A DNA stretch of 63,834 bases, filler included, from Atractiella rhizophila (lineage: Eukaryota): assembly GCA_021432655.1 (NCBI GenBank). It is 4 parts of 4 records of this genome, joined end to end, with 100 filler letters (N's around TTAATTAATTAA, not from the genome) between each part and the next. Parts side by side here need not be neighbours in the genome. Positions count along the whole stretch, not along the records: positions 20,916 to 45,309 come from MU271792.1; 3 more parts are not named here. One strand, given 5' to 3'. A model generated the notes under the pieces. It did not search any database, was not told the DNA's origin, and saw only the letters and a list, made by a program, of their open reading frames with translations. Position 1 is the first letter of the stretch, and each line of letters opens with the position of its first letter. The position numbers and the translations under genes are program-made. This document shows positions 26,360 through 38,245 of this stretch, piece after piece.

Positions 26360-26930
26360 GAAGAAAGCAAGAAAGTGGGCAATTTGTACGAATCAAAAGT
26401 TTTTATAAAGTTCTTGAGAAAGGGAAAGATTCGATTCACAGCAATAATAGAGGACAAGATCGCTGCCACTTTGGAAGGAATAACAGAGGTTAACACTCAA
26501 TTTCTGAATCTTGTGCATACAGAAGCTAAGGCTCAATTATGTCATACTCATAACTTAGACTTATGGCATCGCAGTCTCTCTCACATAGGGAAAGATAGAC
26601 TGGATCTGGTTATACAAAGGATCAGGTTAAAGATATGGACATGGACAGCGAGATACGATTTCCTGAGAGGTATGAAAGTTGCATTAAAGGAAAACAACAT
26701 CGCCATCCATTTCCCAAATTGTCTATCAGCCGAAGCTCACAAGTTCTTGAGCTTGTTCATACCGATTTGAAGAGACCTATGCCAGTTAGGACTGTCAGGA
26801 GATTTAATATTGGATGACATTTGTAGATGACTATTCCCAATACCCATGGGTATATCTTCTTCAAAAGAAAAGTGAAGCATATCAAGCTTTTCATGACTTG
26901 AAGACAATAGCAGAGAAGCAGACTAGACAG
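26360..26930 (+). mobile_element. Degenerate Copia fragment (GAG-pre-integrase and start of integrase), opposite orientation to element A
   Basis: LWHRSLSHIG, ESCIKGKQHRHPFP, VLELVHTDL..PMPV, with frameshifts and stops. Confidence 0.88.
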
Positions 26931-26933
26931 CAG

Positions 26934-27123
26934 TGTTAGGGCAAACACTATGTGCGGTCGCCGATGGGTGATGCGTCTGTAGTGGAGGTAAACCTAAGTG
27001 AATAGTATGGCATGAGAAGACTAACCTGTAGTGGAGGTAAACCTAAGAGAATACTCTGAGGTCACCACCACTACATCTCGATGTATATATTCATATGTAA
27101 AGGCACTGCCATAAACCGTAACA
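26934..27123. repeat. LTR-like element, related to 34550-34785
   Basis: TGTTAGGG ... CCGTAACA inverted termini (7/8). Internal direct repeat CTGTAGTGGAGGTAAACCTAAG x2. The first ~95 bp align with 34550 onward. Confidence 0.6.
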
Positions 27124-27139
27124 TGCGTTTCTTGAAACA

Positions 27140-27422
27140 TGTAAGATAGCTAGATCAGGAAAGCAATAAAGGGAATACTCGGAAATAAGACATACTGAGC
27201 AGTACAAGTGACAAAGGATAATAAGGCAATAATAGAGACAGTGCAGACTGGCGAAATGTGTAAGGTTTGCTGAGCGGCGATTCCTGTGAGATGGGGGAAG
27301 GGGGCGGTCAGCACGAATGTGAGCAAAGCGGCGACGGGTAGGCACGTGATCCTACGACGTATTAAAGTAGGTCACGTGACTCAAATGGTGCATTTTGGTA
27401 ATGTGTAGGGGCAAGCCTGACA
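27140..27422 (-). repeat. Probable LTR
   Basis: TGTAAG ... CCTGACA termini. On - strand preceded by a short purine run (GGGGA). No TSD found. Confidence 0.4.
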
Positions 27423-27489
27423 TCCCCGAGAAGAATATTGAAACAATGACGGACGAATAGTCGGTAATATGGAGGAACAGAAACACGTT

Positions 27490-28035
27490 ACTCAGATGAA
27501 CTATTACTCTTACCTGCTTCACCTAAAGAAGGACACACTCTCTCTAATTCACCATGGTGGCCAGCTGTTTCAAGAATTAGTTTGTGATGCTTATGCTCAA
27601 ATAGAAAGTGGACGATTGAGGTTCTTGAGGTACAATTAAGAACTTCTCCGAACTGAGTCTTATGCTGGACTTGGTGATCCATTAGAAGATGGTTGAGATG
27701 CTGCAGATGTTGGGAAGCGGACCATTCTACCATCATTGCATACAGGAAGTCCCCGCCAGATGAACTAGCAATTCCAAGATGCTATGGCGATTATCAGGAA
27801 CCGAGGTTCACCTGCTATCTTCACAACTTTCACTTGCAATCCATGGTGGCCAGAAATCACAGAAGCTCTACTTTCTGGGCGAATGGCTGCTGATCGACCA
27901 GACTTGGTCTCTAGAGTTTTCAACGCAAAGATAAAGGCTTACATGCAGGACATCAAGGATAACTCAATCTTTGGATGGTCGGTCGGCTTCGTCTGGGTCA
28001 TTGAATTTCAGAAACGTGGTCTTCCTCATGCTCTA
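27490..28035 (+). mobile_element. Helitron RepHel fragment (Rep/HUH region), pseudogenised
   Basis: GGQLFQELVCDAYAQIE, ILPS.HTGSPR, FQDAMAII, IFTTFTCNPWWPEI, DRPDLVSRVF, VIEFQKRGLPHA are Helitron Rep motifs. Upstream part has stops. Confidence 0.92.
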
Positions 28036-28328
28036 GACCCAGTCTCCTGGCACGTCAATATCATTATACTATCCATCCAATTGACAATCCTCTCCAGAAC
28101 TAGCTCTAAAACCCAGCAAAATATGCATGAGGACCAACAGAGGCAAGTAAGGCAGCTGGCAGCAGGTGCAAAGGAAGGGACCTAATTTCTCGTTAATTTG
28201 CTTTAATATCAGAAGCCAAGTACTTACATCTTTATAATACTATTTTAATCATTGGCACAAAATCACGCGATGTTAAAGATCTATGTAAAATTTCGACCTT
28301 AGGTGTTAAGGTTCTGGGTAACACATAG

Positions 28329-29045
28329 TACGGTGGGTCCAAATACTACATCTCATTTACGGATGACTGTACGTGCCGCACAACGGTCCTCTTCATGTCA
28401 ATGAAAGAACAAGGGCTCCAGCGCATCCAATCATATATCGACCTCGTCGAACGAAAGTACGCGCGGACCCCAAAGCGCATGATCATCCAACACAACCTCA
28501 GACCGGTGGGTGAACGCGCCATGGACACGTATAGTGTACGACCTCCAAAGGGGATTGTGTCTGAGCGATATCCACGTTTTACTCGCAGGGTCTTCTCCAA
28601 CCCTGATCGCGACGCTTTTGGATCACGGGCATGGGATTACGACAATATCAAAAATTGGCCTGGTACCATTTCCCCCTCGGGACACTTTGTCGTCGCGCCT
28701 AACCAATGCATTTATTGCCTGCGGATGGGACACTTGTCTCGAGTATGCCCGGTTCCGACTACGCCGAAGGCACGAGAAGAGGCGAGGGTAGCTGCTTTCA
28801 GGCAGATGGGCATCACGATTAGGACGAATGTGGCGCCGTTTTATTTCAGTACCCCGAATCAGAGACTCGTGGCTGGTGTCGCGTCCGATACCACGGCTTC
28901 TGTTTTCCTTACCAGCACTAGACTTCCCCCATCCTCCCGGGATCCTATCAATCCTGGACCAGATGGAAGATACGATTGGGATATGGATGGCTACCCAATT
29001 TTCGAAGGGGATAATCTGATAATCATTTTGAATCCATGGCAATGA
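28329..29045 (+). mobile_element. Stop-free chimeric ORF: Copia integrase fragment fused to a CCHC zinc-knuckle (gag-like) segment
   Basis: YGGSKYYISFTDDCT.RTTVLFM..K...VERKY.R.PKRM (rve N-half) continues in frame into sequence containing CIYCLRMGHLSRVC (CX2CX4HX4C). Confidence 0.72.
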
Positions 29046-29230
29046 GGTGTCATAGAAGCTGTGGCTCCAGTGTCTACGATCCATCTTACATCAGCCTTCT
29101 CCATCTCTCCATTCACAAGTAATGCTTGTACTCTGGCAGTCTTTCCAGCTTGGAGTTCTTGTTAAGTTTGGTTATAAACTGTATATCTCATTCTAAACAA
29201 CCTATTAACAAACTACAGATTAGTCTCAAT

Positions 29231-30060
29231 ATGTCTTACACTTCCACCTTTGTCTCTGAAAAACTCAATGATGTGAACTACGTAAATACAGATGAAATGA
29301 GCAAGCAGGATCATTCTTGGGACAGAAACTCATCTTGTAGACCATTCTCTTTCCAAAAAAGCTAGGAGTGTCGATTATCAGAAGCAACTTAAGGTGGAGA
29401 AGAGACAGACAGATTGGAATGAGCGAAAAGAGGCAGCCATGGGATATCTATGTCTTTCAATTAAGAATATTCAGTGACACCACATCACTCCCCTCATGGA
29501 TCCGAAGATTGTTTGGGAAAAGCTAAAAAGAAATCCATGTCAAACCTAAACGCAATGCTAGATTCACTGCTTTTGATGATCTTCTCAATATTTGCAAGAT
29601 AGTAGAGATGTCAATGGAATAATTCATTATGAAAGTCAACGAACAAATCAATCTCATTCATTCAAAAGCTTTGTCCAACTGGTTATACCTTGGCAAAGAT
29701 GGATATTGAACTTGCAATCATGACCCTCCTCTGTTCCTTTCCATACAATGAATACCAAGTCCTTCTCACAACTCTCCGAATCAGTTCCGAAGACCTTACG
29801 GTCGCTGACGTGGAAGATGTATTTAGAAAGAGGAAGGAGAAAAGGAGAGGTCAGAAGCGAAGTTGGAAATAGCTATGTGTGTCCAACCATCCTTGAAGAA
29901 GCTGCCTACAACTATATTGAATAAACCTCCTATAAGCATCAATTGCACATTCTGTAGATACAACAACCATATTGAAGCAGAGTATCAATTCAGAAAGAAG
30001 GCCCAAGATACCTTCGAAAAGGAATGAGAGGAAAAGAACAGGATGGCAAAGGCAAAAGTT
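29231..30060 (+). mobile_element. Degenerate Copia gag
   Basis: MSY...EKLNDVNY, DWNERKEAAMG.L, DPKIVWEKLK, LAIMTLL.S.P..Y..L, eroded knuckle CTFCRYNNH. A PBS-like GGTTATAAAC lies just upstream. Confidence 0.7.
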
Positions 30061-30527
30061 GCTAGTGGCTCAAAGGAGGAACCATTATATGGTGACTCTG
30101 AGGAAGAGAAGAAAGAAAAATTGAGGGTTACTGTACTATTATAGGATGATTGACGTCCTTGCTCTGTGATAAAACAGTCTAAAAGACTATCTGACAATAT
30201 CACAAGGGTGTACTGTAAATAGAGGTCCCAAGAAGAAACCCTATGGATTTCTTCCGTGACTTGGTACATAGCCTGGCATAGAGACTTGTTTACAGTTTCC
30301 AAGTGCAATACTCCAATACAACTCCTTTATCCTTATCAAGATTTGATCACTCAGTGTTGATTGCCTTTAGCTCCTAGTCAGAACATACCAATTCTGCTAG
30401 TCTTGGGTACATACTTATCCCCTGCTGAAAATAATCTAATCTCTAACCCCTGCTCCTTCTTGATAGGGTCCAAAGTCTGTTATTAGGTACGGGTGTAAGA
30501 TAAGGGTTTTCTCCTGGCTAGTGTATT

Positions 30528-30738
30528 GGGCTCATAACCTGTTAAGACTAGGATTCCTTCCTACCACACTGGGAAGCGTACATTGCAGAAGAAACTCATC
30601 TAGGATCCTTCCTATCATACTGGGAACCATGAGGGAAAATCCTTATAAGTGGGTCTATAAGTATTTTTACATTGTGGGGTATTGCGGGGCACTCATGTGA
30701 CCATAGTTGTTGTCACAGTTTGTCGCTTATCTCCAACA
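30528..30738 (-). repeat. 5' LTR (30540-30738) plus primer-binding site of another Copia
   Basis: On - strand TGTTGGAG ... CTTAACA is immediately followed by GGTTATGAGCCC, a common fungal Copia PBS. Imperfect internal direct repeat CTAGGAT(T)CCTTCCTA.CA.ACTGGGAA x2. Confidence 0.7.
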
Positions 30739-30789
30739 GCTATTGTAAAAAAAGAATATGGACTAGAGATAAGGGAGGAGGATCACCAC

Positions 30790-31190
30790 TCAGCATATGC
30801 TGAATGCCTCCTTGACTAACAATGAAAGCTCATATTCTCCTCTGGCCCTGTGGAGCAAGCAAAGGAGAAGTTAAAGCTGATCCATAGATATGTGGGGCAC
30901 TACACTCATTAAGTCGAGTGAAGGAGCTGAATATTAATTCCGTTTACAGACAACACAATAAGAGGACAGTGGCTTTACTGAGTTAAGCACAAATTCAATA
31001 TTCTCTTCAGATTTAGGAATTTCAAAGCAAACTCAAATATGAAACTATGCTAAAGATCAAAGCAATAAGGTTAGACAATGGCATTGAATATACAAGTACT
31101 AAGTTTACAGTATACCTCAACTCCCATAGCATCCAACACAAGCAAACCACTCCTGGTACCCCTTAGTAGAACAGTACTGTCAAACTGTGA
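30790..31190 (+). mobile_element. Heavily mutated Copia integrase fragment
   Basis: KIKAIRLDNGIEYTSTKFTVYLNSHSIQHKQTTPGTP**N matches rve RxDNGxEY...H..T.PxTPQQNG. Confidence 0.8.
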
Positions 31191-34100
31191 GGCTAGGCCT
31201 TCTAAGAATACAATATAATATCAAGCTTAAGTGAGTTTAAGTAATAAATATCTTCTCAAGCTAAAACTTTAAGTAGAAGCTTAGGTGCATACAACCTCAC
31301 AGTTATAAGGTTCTGCGAAAAGGCTGCACATGATTGTAGTATGACGGTTGAAGCAGTTTCCGAGGTTCTATAGGAGACACAGTTTCTAATTTCAGATTGA
31401 TATTAATATAAGTATACATACTGAAACATCGGAAGTACATTTCATAGTGAAATTTTTTAACCATATTATGTGGTTTGTAGCTTCCTCGATAGTTATTTAT
31501 CTTATCTACTATAAAGTAAGTATAAGTAAGTTTTTTCAACACATTTTTTATCAATCTTGGGTACACACCAAGTCCTAGCATGCAATAAGGGCTTTTATTT
31601 CACAATTTATAACGTAAATATATTTTGTAGTTTGAAAAGTGATCCATTTTTTATTCATATACTCATATTCTGAACATGTTGCTATAGGTGATATTATAAC
31701 TGCTTAAAAGTATATGTATCAGTCATACTAAAACCTTTTGTGCTTTCTCTTTCCAAAGATCATTTGCAAGCTTGGCTTTCCTTGCCCACTTTGCCTGTAC
31801 ACATGGGTGGACAATGACAGGTTGCCAGCCATCACATTAGCCTGAGTACTCATGATATGACCACCACCTCTGATCTACCTTGGATAGGACCTGATCCTAA
31901 AAGCAAATTGTGGAGTCAAAGCCAATCTAAGGTCCAAATGAAACAGAGTTCAAAGGAAGTGCAGTTGTAACTAAAATCATTTCAATTGTTTTTTTAAAAA
32001 TAATATTTGATAATTAACTATTTAACACTTGGATGCTTCATGTATTCTGGATAAACACTCTGGGTAAAGATCTGTCTGAGAAGAAAGTGAGGGGACATTT
32101 TTTATAGTTTTTAGATATCAACGGGAAAGGGTATTGAAAGTGTATTTTGCTATATACAGGCAAAACAGTAGAGGGAGGCCAAGCTTGCAAGGCTCTCTCT
32201 GAACAAGCAGCCAAGGTTCATTGCCCACTCCATCTTCTCTGCATCAGCAGGACCAAAGAAATTGCAGAGACCATTGGTCTTTGTCATATCAGTCTGGGTA
32301 TACTCAAATCTGCAAAGCGACAAGCTAGCCCTTAAAAACTCGATCATCTTTACTTATTCCCCTTGAAGAGCTCCTCTCACGATTTAGCCACGATTCTGAA
32401 AGCAACTGGCACAGTGCCATCCAATCCTCCATGTTTAAAGGTAGTTATTTGAACCAGTGGGAGAAACAAACCACAAAAGAGCACAAAGAGAAATAGTAGT
32501 TCTGTTGACCATGGAGGAAAGAGATGTGGTAGGATATCCATTAAGGTTGGACAAGGAGGGCATCAACGTATGTTAAAATAGAGGGGAAGTGAAGGGGTTG
32601 GTGGGGTAGAACACAGCAAAGGCAATCTCAAGAGGTACTGTGAGAGAGCACCTCAGACCATATTTATGAGGAAAGTCTTTAAACCACCACCACTCACATT
32701 TCATCAATCATACATTAGGGCTTTAAAGAGGTAGAGAGATATGAACATCATCCTGAATAGTAACTATCCCCAGTACTTGTAATCAAACTGATCATGAGGA
32801 CAGAGTTAAGCCAGACAAGGAGAAGACATTGGATGTGAAAGCTGTTAAAGCACAGATGTAAACGACATTAGCCTGATGAAGTGTTAGTCTTTTCTCTCTC
32901 CATTTTCTTTTTTTTTTCTAATCACTCTGTAATATTCTTACTCATTTCTCTGATATTAGATTGGAAACTAGTATGAACTATCTGAATGTGATTTCCTTGC
33001 GTAATTTTGTTATCACTATCGTTTCTTTGTATAACAAAACTTATGCAAGGAATAGGCACTGTAACATTACCAATGAACTATCCATCACCTTTCTTGATAT
33101 ACTGATTCCAAGATCAGAAATCAATAATGTCAGAAAATATAGTTTGATTATAAGATATTTGGGAAAATCTATATCATCACATACTATTAGTTCTTTTATA
33201 CCATAGCTCTTACACAAGTAGAGAAAATATTGTGAGAAGTATCATAAGATGTATAATATGACTACAAGGAGTTGGCAAGGCTCCAGATAGTGGCGGGAGT
33301 TTGCAATACAATAGTCTAAAACATGAGTTGCACAGTATAAGAACAAGAGCATGGGGACATAAGTATAAGTGATACAAGCATACCTAAAACATTTGAAGAG
33401 TCTATGGAGCTGGGGACAGCGGAGAAGCCTTTGGCAAAGCCCTAAAATAGAATGGACTAATTATGTGGAGAAGAGAAAGGAGACCTAGAGAAAGGAGACC
33501 TTTGAAGTGTACTCGAATGAGCACAGCAACTACTGAAAGAAGGTACTCACCTCACATACAGCACTAGCTATACCTCAGTACAGGCAAGCTCAAAGAGATG
33601 GTGGTTGTGTGTGAGGGAAAGCAAAGGGGTCACGGAAGCAATACTGCGATAAAAGTGTCAGGGTTTGAGCCCCTGATATACCTTAAGTACAGACCAAGAT
33701 GGGTGTAAACACCCATCATTAGCTCGTTTAGTTTAGTTGGTTAGCTGTTGGTCTGTAGCCATCCTGACAAAAAGAAAAGTGACTCATAAAAATAACAAGG
33801 AATGACCATTTATGTTATTCGTATTACAAGATGTAACTTTATTTATTCTCTCTTATAAACATTATTACTTATCTAGACATACTTTTCTGATATCTGAGTT
33901 TTTATCCTTGCTATATAAAGACAGACTTAGAAAAACTGAGTAATATAAATTCTAACTGTTAGGAGGGATAATGGAACGTAATGGAAAGTGGTGTCACGAT
34001 AGGTAGGTTTGCTGTGTTTGCCATGTCTCCTGATGCAGAAGTAAACATGGCACTTCATTGTCAGTCCACTATTAAAGGAGTGCCTATAGATTTTGTTCTT

Positions 34101-34549
34101 TTCCCCAATCTTTTTGCTTGTACTCATGCTCCTATGATTGGGGAGATAAAGGTAATTCAGTAAGTAGGAGTCTAAAAGCAAGCTTCATAGTCTTGTGTAT
34201 AACCTTTAGAAGCAGATTATTTCCAAAGTTATATTCAATGATGTTTATATGTACTTTTAGGTATAACACAAACATCTTTAATGAGTTTGTTATTGAAATT
34301 CCAGGCTTCAACATTAAAAGGACTATTTTAATTTTTATCAGGGTTAAAGTCAGATATGACTCTTTCTTCCATTAGACAAGCTTGATTGCCTCAAATTCCT
34401 AGGACATTAATAGTGCCAGTCTAAACATTTGTATTAATCCTGTTAGAGTAGTTTATATGAATGCCAATCACTTGGAAGCCAAGTCAATATAGATGAGCAC
34501 AGATGTAACAACTGACAGAACTGATACATATTGGTATTTGGTAGTTAGT

Positions 34550-34785
34550 TGTTAGGGCAGACATGATGTACAGTCACTAATCAGCAATGTGGCTATAGTG
34601 GAGATGAATCTAAGCACATAATATGATATCAAAAGACTATCATGTACAAGGGGAGGTGTAAACGATGATGGGAGTGCAAATAGACGAATGAGTGCTGACT
34701 TGTACAAGAGTGTAAACCTGATATTAGTATGAGAAGTTTTCTGAGAGAGTTCAATAAAGCTTTTGTGAATTCACACTATTTAACA
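34550..34785. repeat. LTR-like element, AT-shifted relative of 26934-27123
   Basis: TGTTAGGGCAGACATGATGTACAGTCACT... aligns with TGTTAGGGCAAACACTATGTGCGGTCGCC. Ends ...TTAACA. Confidence 0.55.
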
Positions 34786-35857
34786 ATTGAATAATCCCTT
34801 TTTGATGCCATGAGATAATGAAGTGAACTAGATATCAAAAGTGTTATCGATATTCAGATTCAGAAATGTATTATAGAGCAGGATTAACTTTATTAAATGA
34901 AAATGTTCTGAAACTACAACATGAAGTCAAAATGGATTAGTGCACAGAACCTAAATAGGTGAACATATGCCAACTGGCACAAATGTTGATGGAAGTGTAA
35001 ATAGGCAAACAGGTACTGGTCAGTAAACGGGCAATGGCATACCAATTTGCACAGAATGCAAATCTGACATCTTCAATCAGACCACCTGTCCGACAGATTA
35101 TACTACACTGCCAATCCAAGTTCTTCTGAATTCAGCAATGCTATACAATTCTGAATAGATCTCAGAAATGTCTGGACACCTGAATCCAGCTGATACTCAG
35201 AACAATACAGTTGTAAGCATTTGATTACAGTTCTTAATTTCAGCTGACCACTATCTGAGACTGAATTGGCAGTGTAAGCCCATTTTCAGATAATAGAGCT
35301 GACTGTTGGAGTATCAAGGATATAGTACTGTACACACTGGCCTTGCTTGTTTGTTTACATTCTGGATGCCATGCCAAACATGTGCACTTCACCGCTAGCA
35401 CAGACTTAGAAAACATTGCTCTTGGTTTTGGCTTTCCCCTTTTCCTCAATCACATATCTTTACCTCGCTAATAGTTGCTTGTACATGATTGGGAAACATT
35501 AAAATGCTGTAAGCAAAGATACAGAGATGATATGGAGCTAGGTTCTTTTAAATTTCTGATAAAGATGGATTAAAATTTGATGAGAGGAGAAGGAAACCTT
35601 CCCTTTTTCTAAGAGAAATCAATGTATACTGATCAGGCATCGGATTATTGGTACAAGCCAAAATGTATCTGAGATGTGATTCTATCGAATTCTGACAGTA
35701 GCTGCAAATCATAATGTTGGAAGATGGAATAAGATATGAGGCATGTTGAAGTGTTTGCCGTACATTCTAATGCAGACACAAACATGTGGCATTTCCCCAA
35801 TCACATCATAATACACTTCTTTGCGCTCCCGTCTGTGCGATTGGGGATATTCCTCAA

Positions 35858-36112
35858 TGACAAATATACCAGCGCTGCGAAGTGCGAGATAACAGATAAG
35901 TATATCTTACATTTAACTATACAAAGAAACTACATTACCTGCAAAGTGTGAGATAACAGATAAGTATGAGTCTCACACTTGCAGGTGAAGGGGTTTTGTA
36001 GCCAAGATCCCTGTGGCAAAAGACAAGTTGCCACAGTTCCAGAACATGCTTGACGAAAGTGGAAACGCACAAGTGCGCAAGTGGCGAAAGAAGGAGGCGT
36101 ATAATCTTGTTA
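35858..36112 (-). repeat. 3' LTR of Copia B
   Basis: TGACAAAT...CTTGTTA, 255 bp, ungapped match to 43756-44010. PPT adjacent. Confidence 0.95.
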
Positions 36113-37978
36113 AACTCCCCTCGCATCCTACTTTCCACTTATTCCAATTTCCTGTATAGCTCTATCTATCTTCGGTCTCGAAACCCCCTTTGTAAGTACA
36201 TCAGCAGGTAAGTCCTTCATGTCCATATAGTGGAGTTGAATTTTGCCGATGATAACGCATTCGCGAGTGTAATGATAGGGGATGTCGATGTTTTTCGTTC
36301 ATTGACAGAAGATGGAGTTGTTAGCGAGCTGATGAGATCCTAGGTTGTCGCCGAAGATAGTGATTGGAGCGTTGATAGAGAATCCAAGGTTGTCAAGGAG
36401 AGTGTGGAGCCACGAAGCTTCTCGAGCTGCAAATAAAAGGGCGACATACTCGGCCTCTGCGCTCGAAAGGGTAACTATCGACTGCTTCTTGCTTCTCCAT
36501 ACAACAGTGCCGCCTGCGTTTGTGAAGAGCGTCCTGGAAATCGATTTCAATGGTGGCTGGCAGCAAAGTCTGAGTCGGAGTACCCAGTAAGTTCATTTCC
36601 TTCGCTGTGGTAGGTGATTTTGAAGTCCGTTATACTGTGTAGGTAACAGAAGATCCTCTTGATGGCTTTCCAATGCTAAGGTGAGGGGTTGTCTGAGAAT
36701 TGGGCAACTTGGCTGATGGCAAAACTGAGGTCAGGTCGCGTTGCGATCATGAGGTAGAGGAGGGAGCCGACTGCCTCCCTGTAGAATCTGTTCCATGATT
36801 CAGGTATGTGGGCTCCTCTGTCTTTCTCTCTTTCATCTGCTGCTGGCTCTAACTTCCCGCCAAGCTCGAGTGGTGTCACTGCAGCCTTACAGTTTGCCAT
36901 CCCGAACTTCTCCAGCAGGCGCTCCGTGTAAGCTTGTTGATTGATGGAGATGCTCTCATTGGATTAGGTTATGTGGACTCCTAAGAACTGGTGAGCTCAT
37001 CCCTCGTCTTTGAGTTTGTAATGCTTCTGAAGTTCTTTCTTCACAGAAGATGCTTCCTTGTCGTCTTCGGCCATCATGAGGATATCGTCAACGTACAGCG
37101 CTACGAGTGTGTATTTCCCTGTTTTCTCGTCTCGTCTTGTATAAATTGTGGCCTCTGACCTGCTTTGTGTGAATCCCAGGCTTCCCAATTTCTCATCGGC
37201 ATTCCCGTTCCATACTCGTCTGCTCCGGTGGAGGCCATAGACGCCTTTTGTCGCTCTTATCACCCAATAAGGATGTTCTGGGTCTTTCCAAGGAGGTCGA
37301 AGATAGACGGGTTTATCGAGTTTACCATAAAGGTATGCTGTTGATACATCTACCATGTGTACTGGCTACTTATTCTTCGCTGCAATAGATATGATAAGGC
37401 AAAACGAGGGCATGGAGTGGACCAGGGAGAACGTCTCGTCATAATCAACGCTGTGTGTACCCTTGTACAACTACCGTTGGACGATATCTGACAGTCTCTC
37501 CCCCTGTACCTAGCTTTTCCCTCAGCACGCATTGTGACCCAATCACCATTCTCCCCCTTTGGCAGCGGTACCATCTCTCCAACGTCCTTTTCCCTCCACA
37601 ACTCCCTTTCCTCGTCAAAGGCAGTTTGCCATTCGACAGGATTCGGACCAGTGATGGCCTCTTCGTATGTCAGAGTGAGGTTGTGAGAGAAGGAGGCGAC
37701 ATTGATGCGGGCTACTGCATCTGATAAGGGTGAGTCGCCGAAGTACTTTGCTCTATTGCCTTTCTGAGCTTCTGCAGGTGTGCGCTGTGTGCGCTGTGGG
37801 TGTTCTGGAGGCAGCGGTGGTTCTGTTTTCGATTTCGACGGCCCTTCGGTGGGTTTCTCCCCCTCAATTAGGTTGAGGTGTTTGGCAACACCATTCTGTT
37901 AAGGTGTGTAGGCAGCTGTTTGATCATGTTTGATGCCGTGGGCTTTGAGGTATGTTTTGCACTCGTTACTTGTATATT

Positions 37979-38245
37979 TGATGGGGTCACAGGAGCATAA
38001 ACGCACCCTCCTTTCTCTTGCTGGTGCGAAGTCATATTTTCTTGGTTCCTTTTTCTTATTACTCAGCTTTTATGCTATAAAATAACTTCCCCTACAAATG
38101 TGAGACCCAGAGTTTTGATTGGTCTCGCACCTTGCAGGTATGTATTTCATTCTCATATAGAACATACAATAACAGAGTTTTGATTGGTCTCGCACCTCGC
38201 AGCACCTTGCAGTCCCACTTGCCCCACCGCTCGTAATCTTTATCA
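37979..38245. repeat. Solo LTR inserted in the Copia B integrase
   Basis: TGAT...ATCA termini with a perfect TSD ATATT (37974-37978, 38246-38250). Removal restores DNGG-QY-TS. Internal repeat CAGAGTTTTGATTGGTCTCGCACCT x2. Confidence 0.9.

Noticed and set aside
26976..38190. Short direct-repeat pairs resembling CRISPR repeat-spacer units (~26976, ~30548, ~38108)
   Set aside because: Only two copies each, all inside LTRs, in a eukaryotic context with no cas genes.
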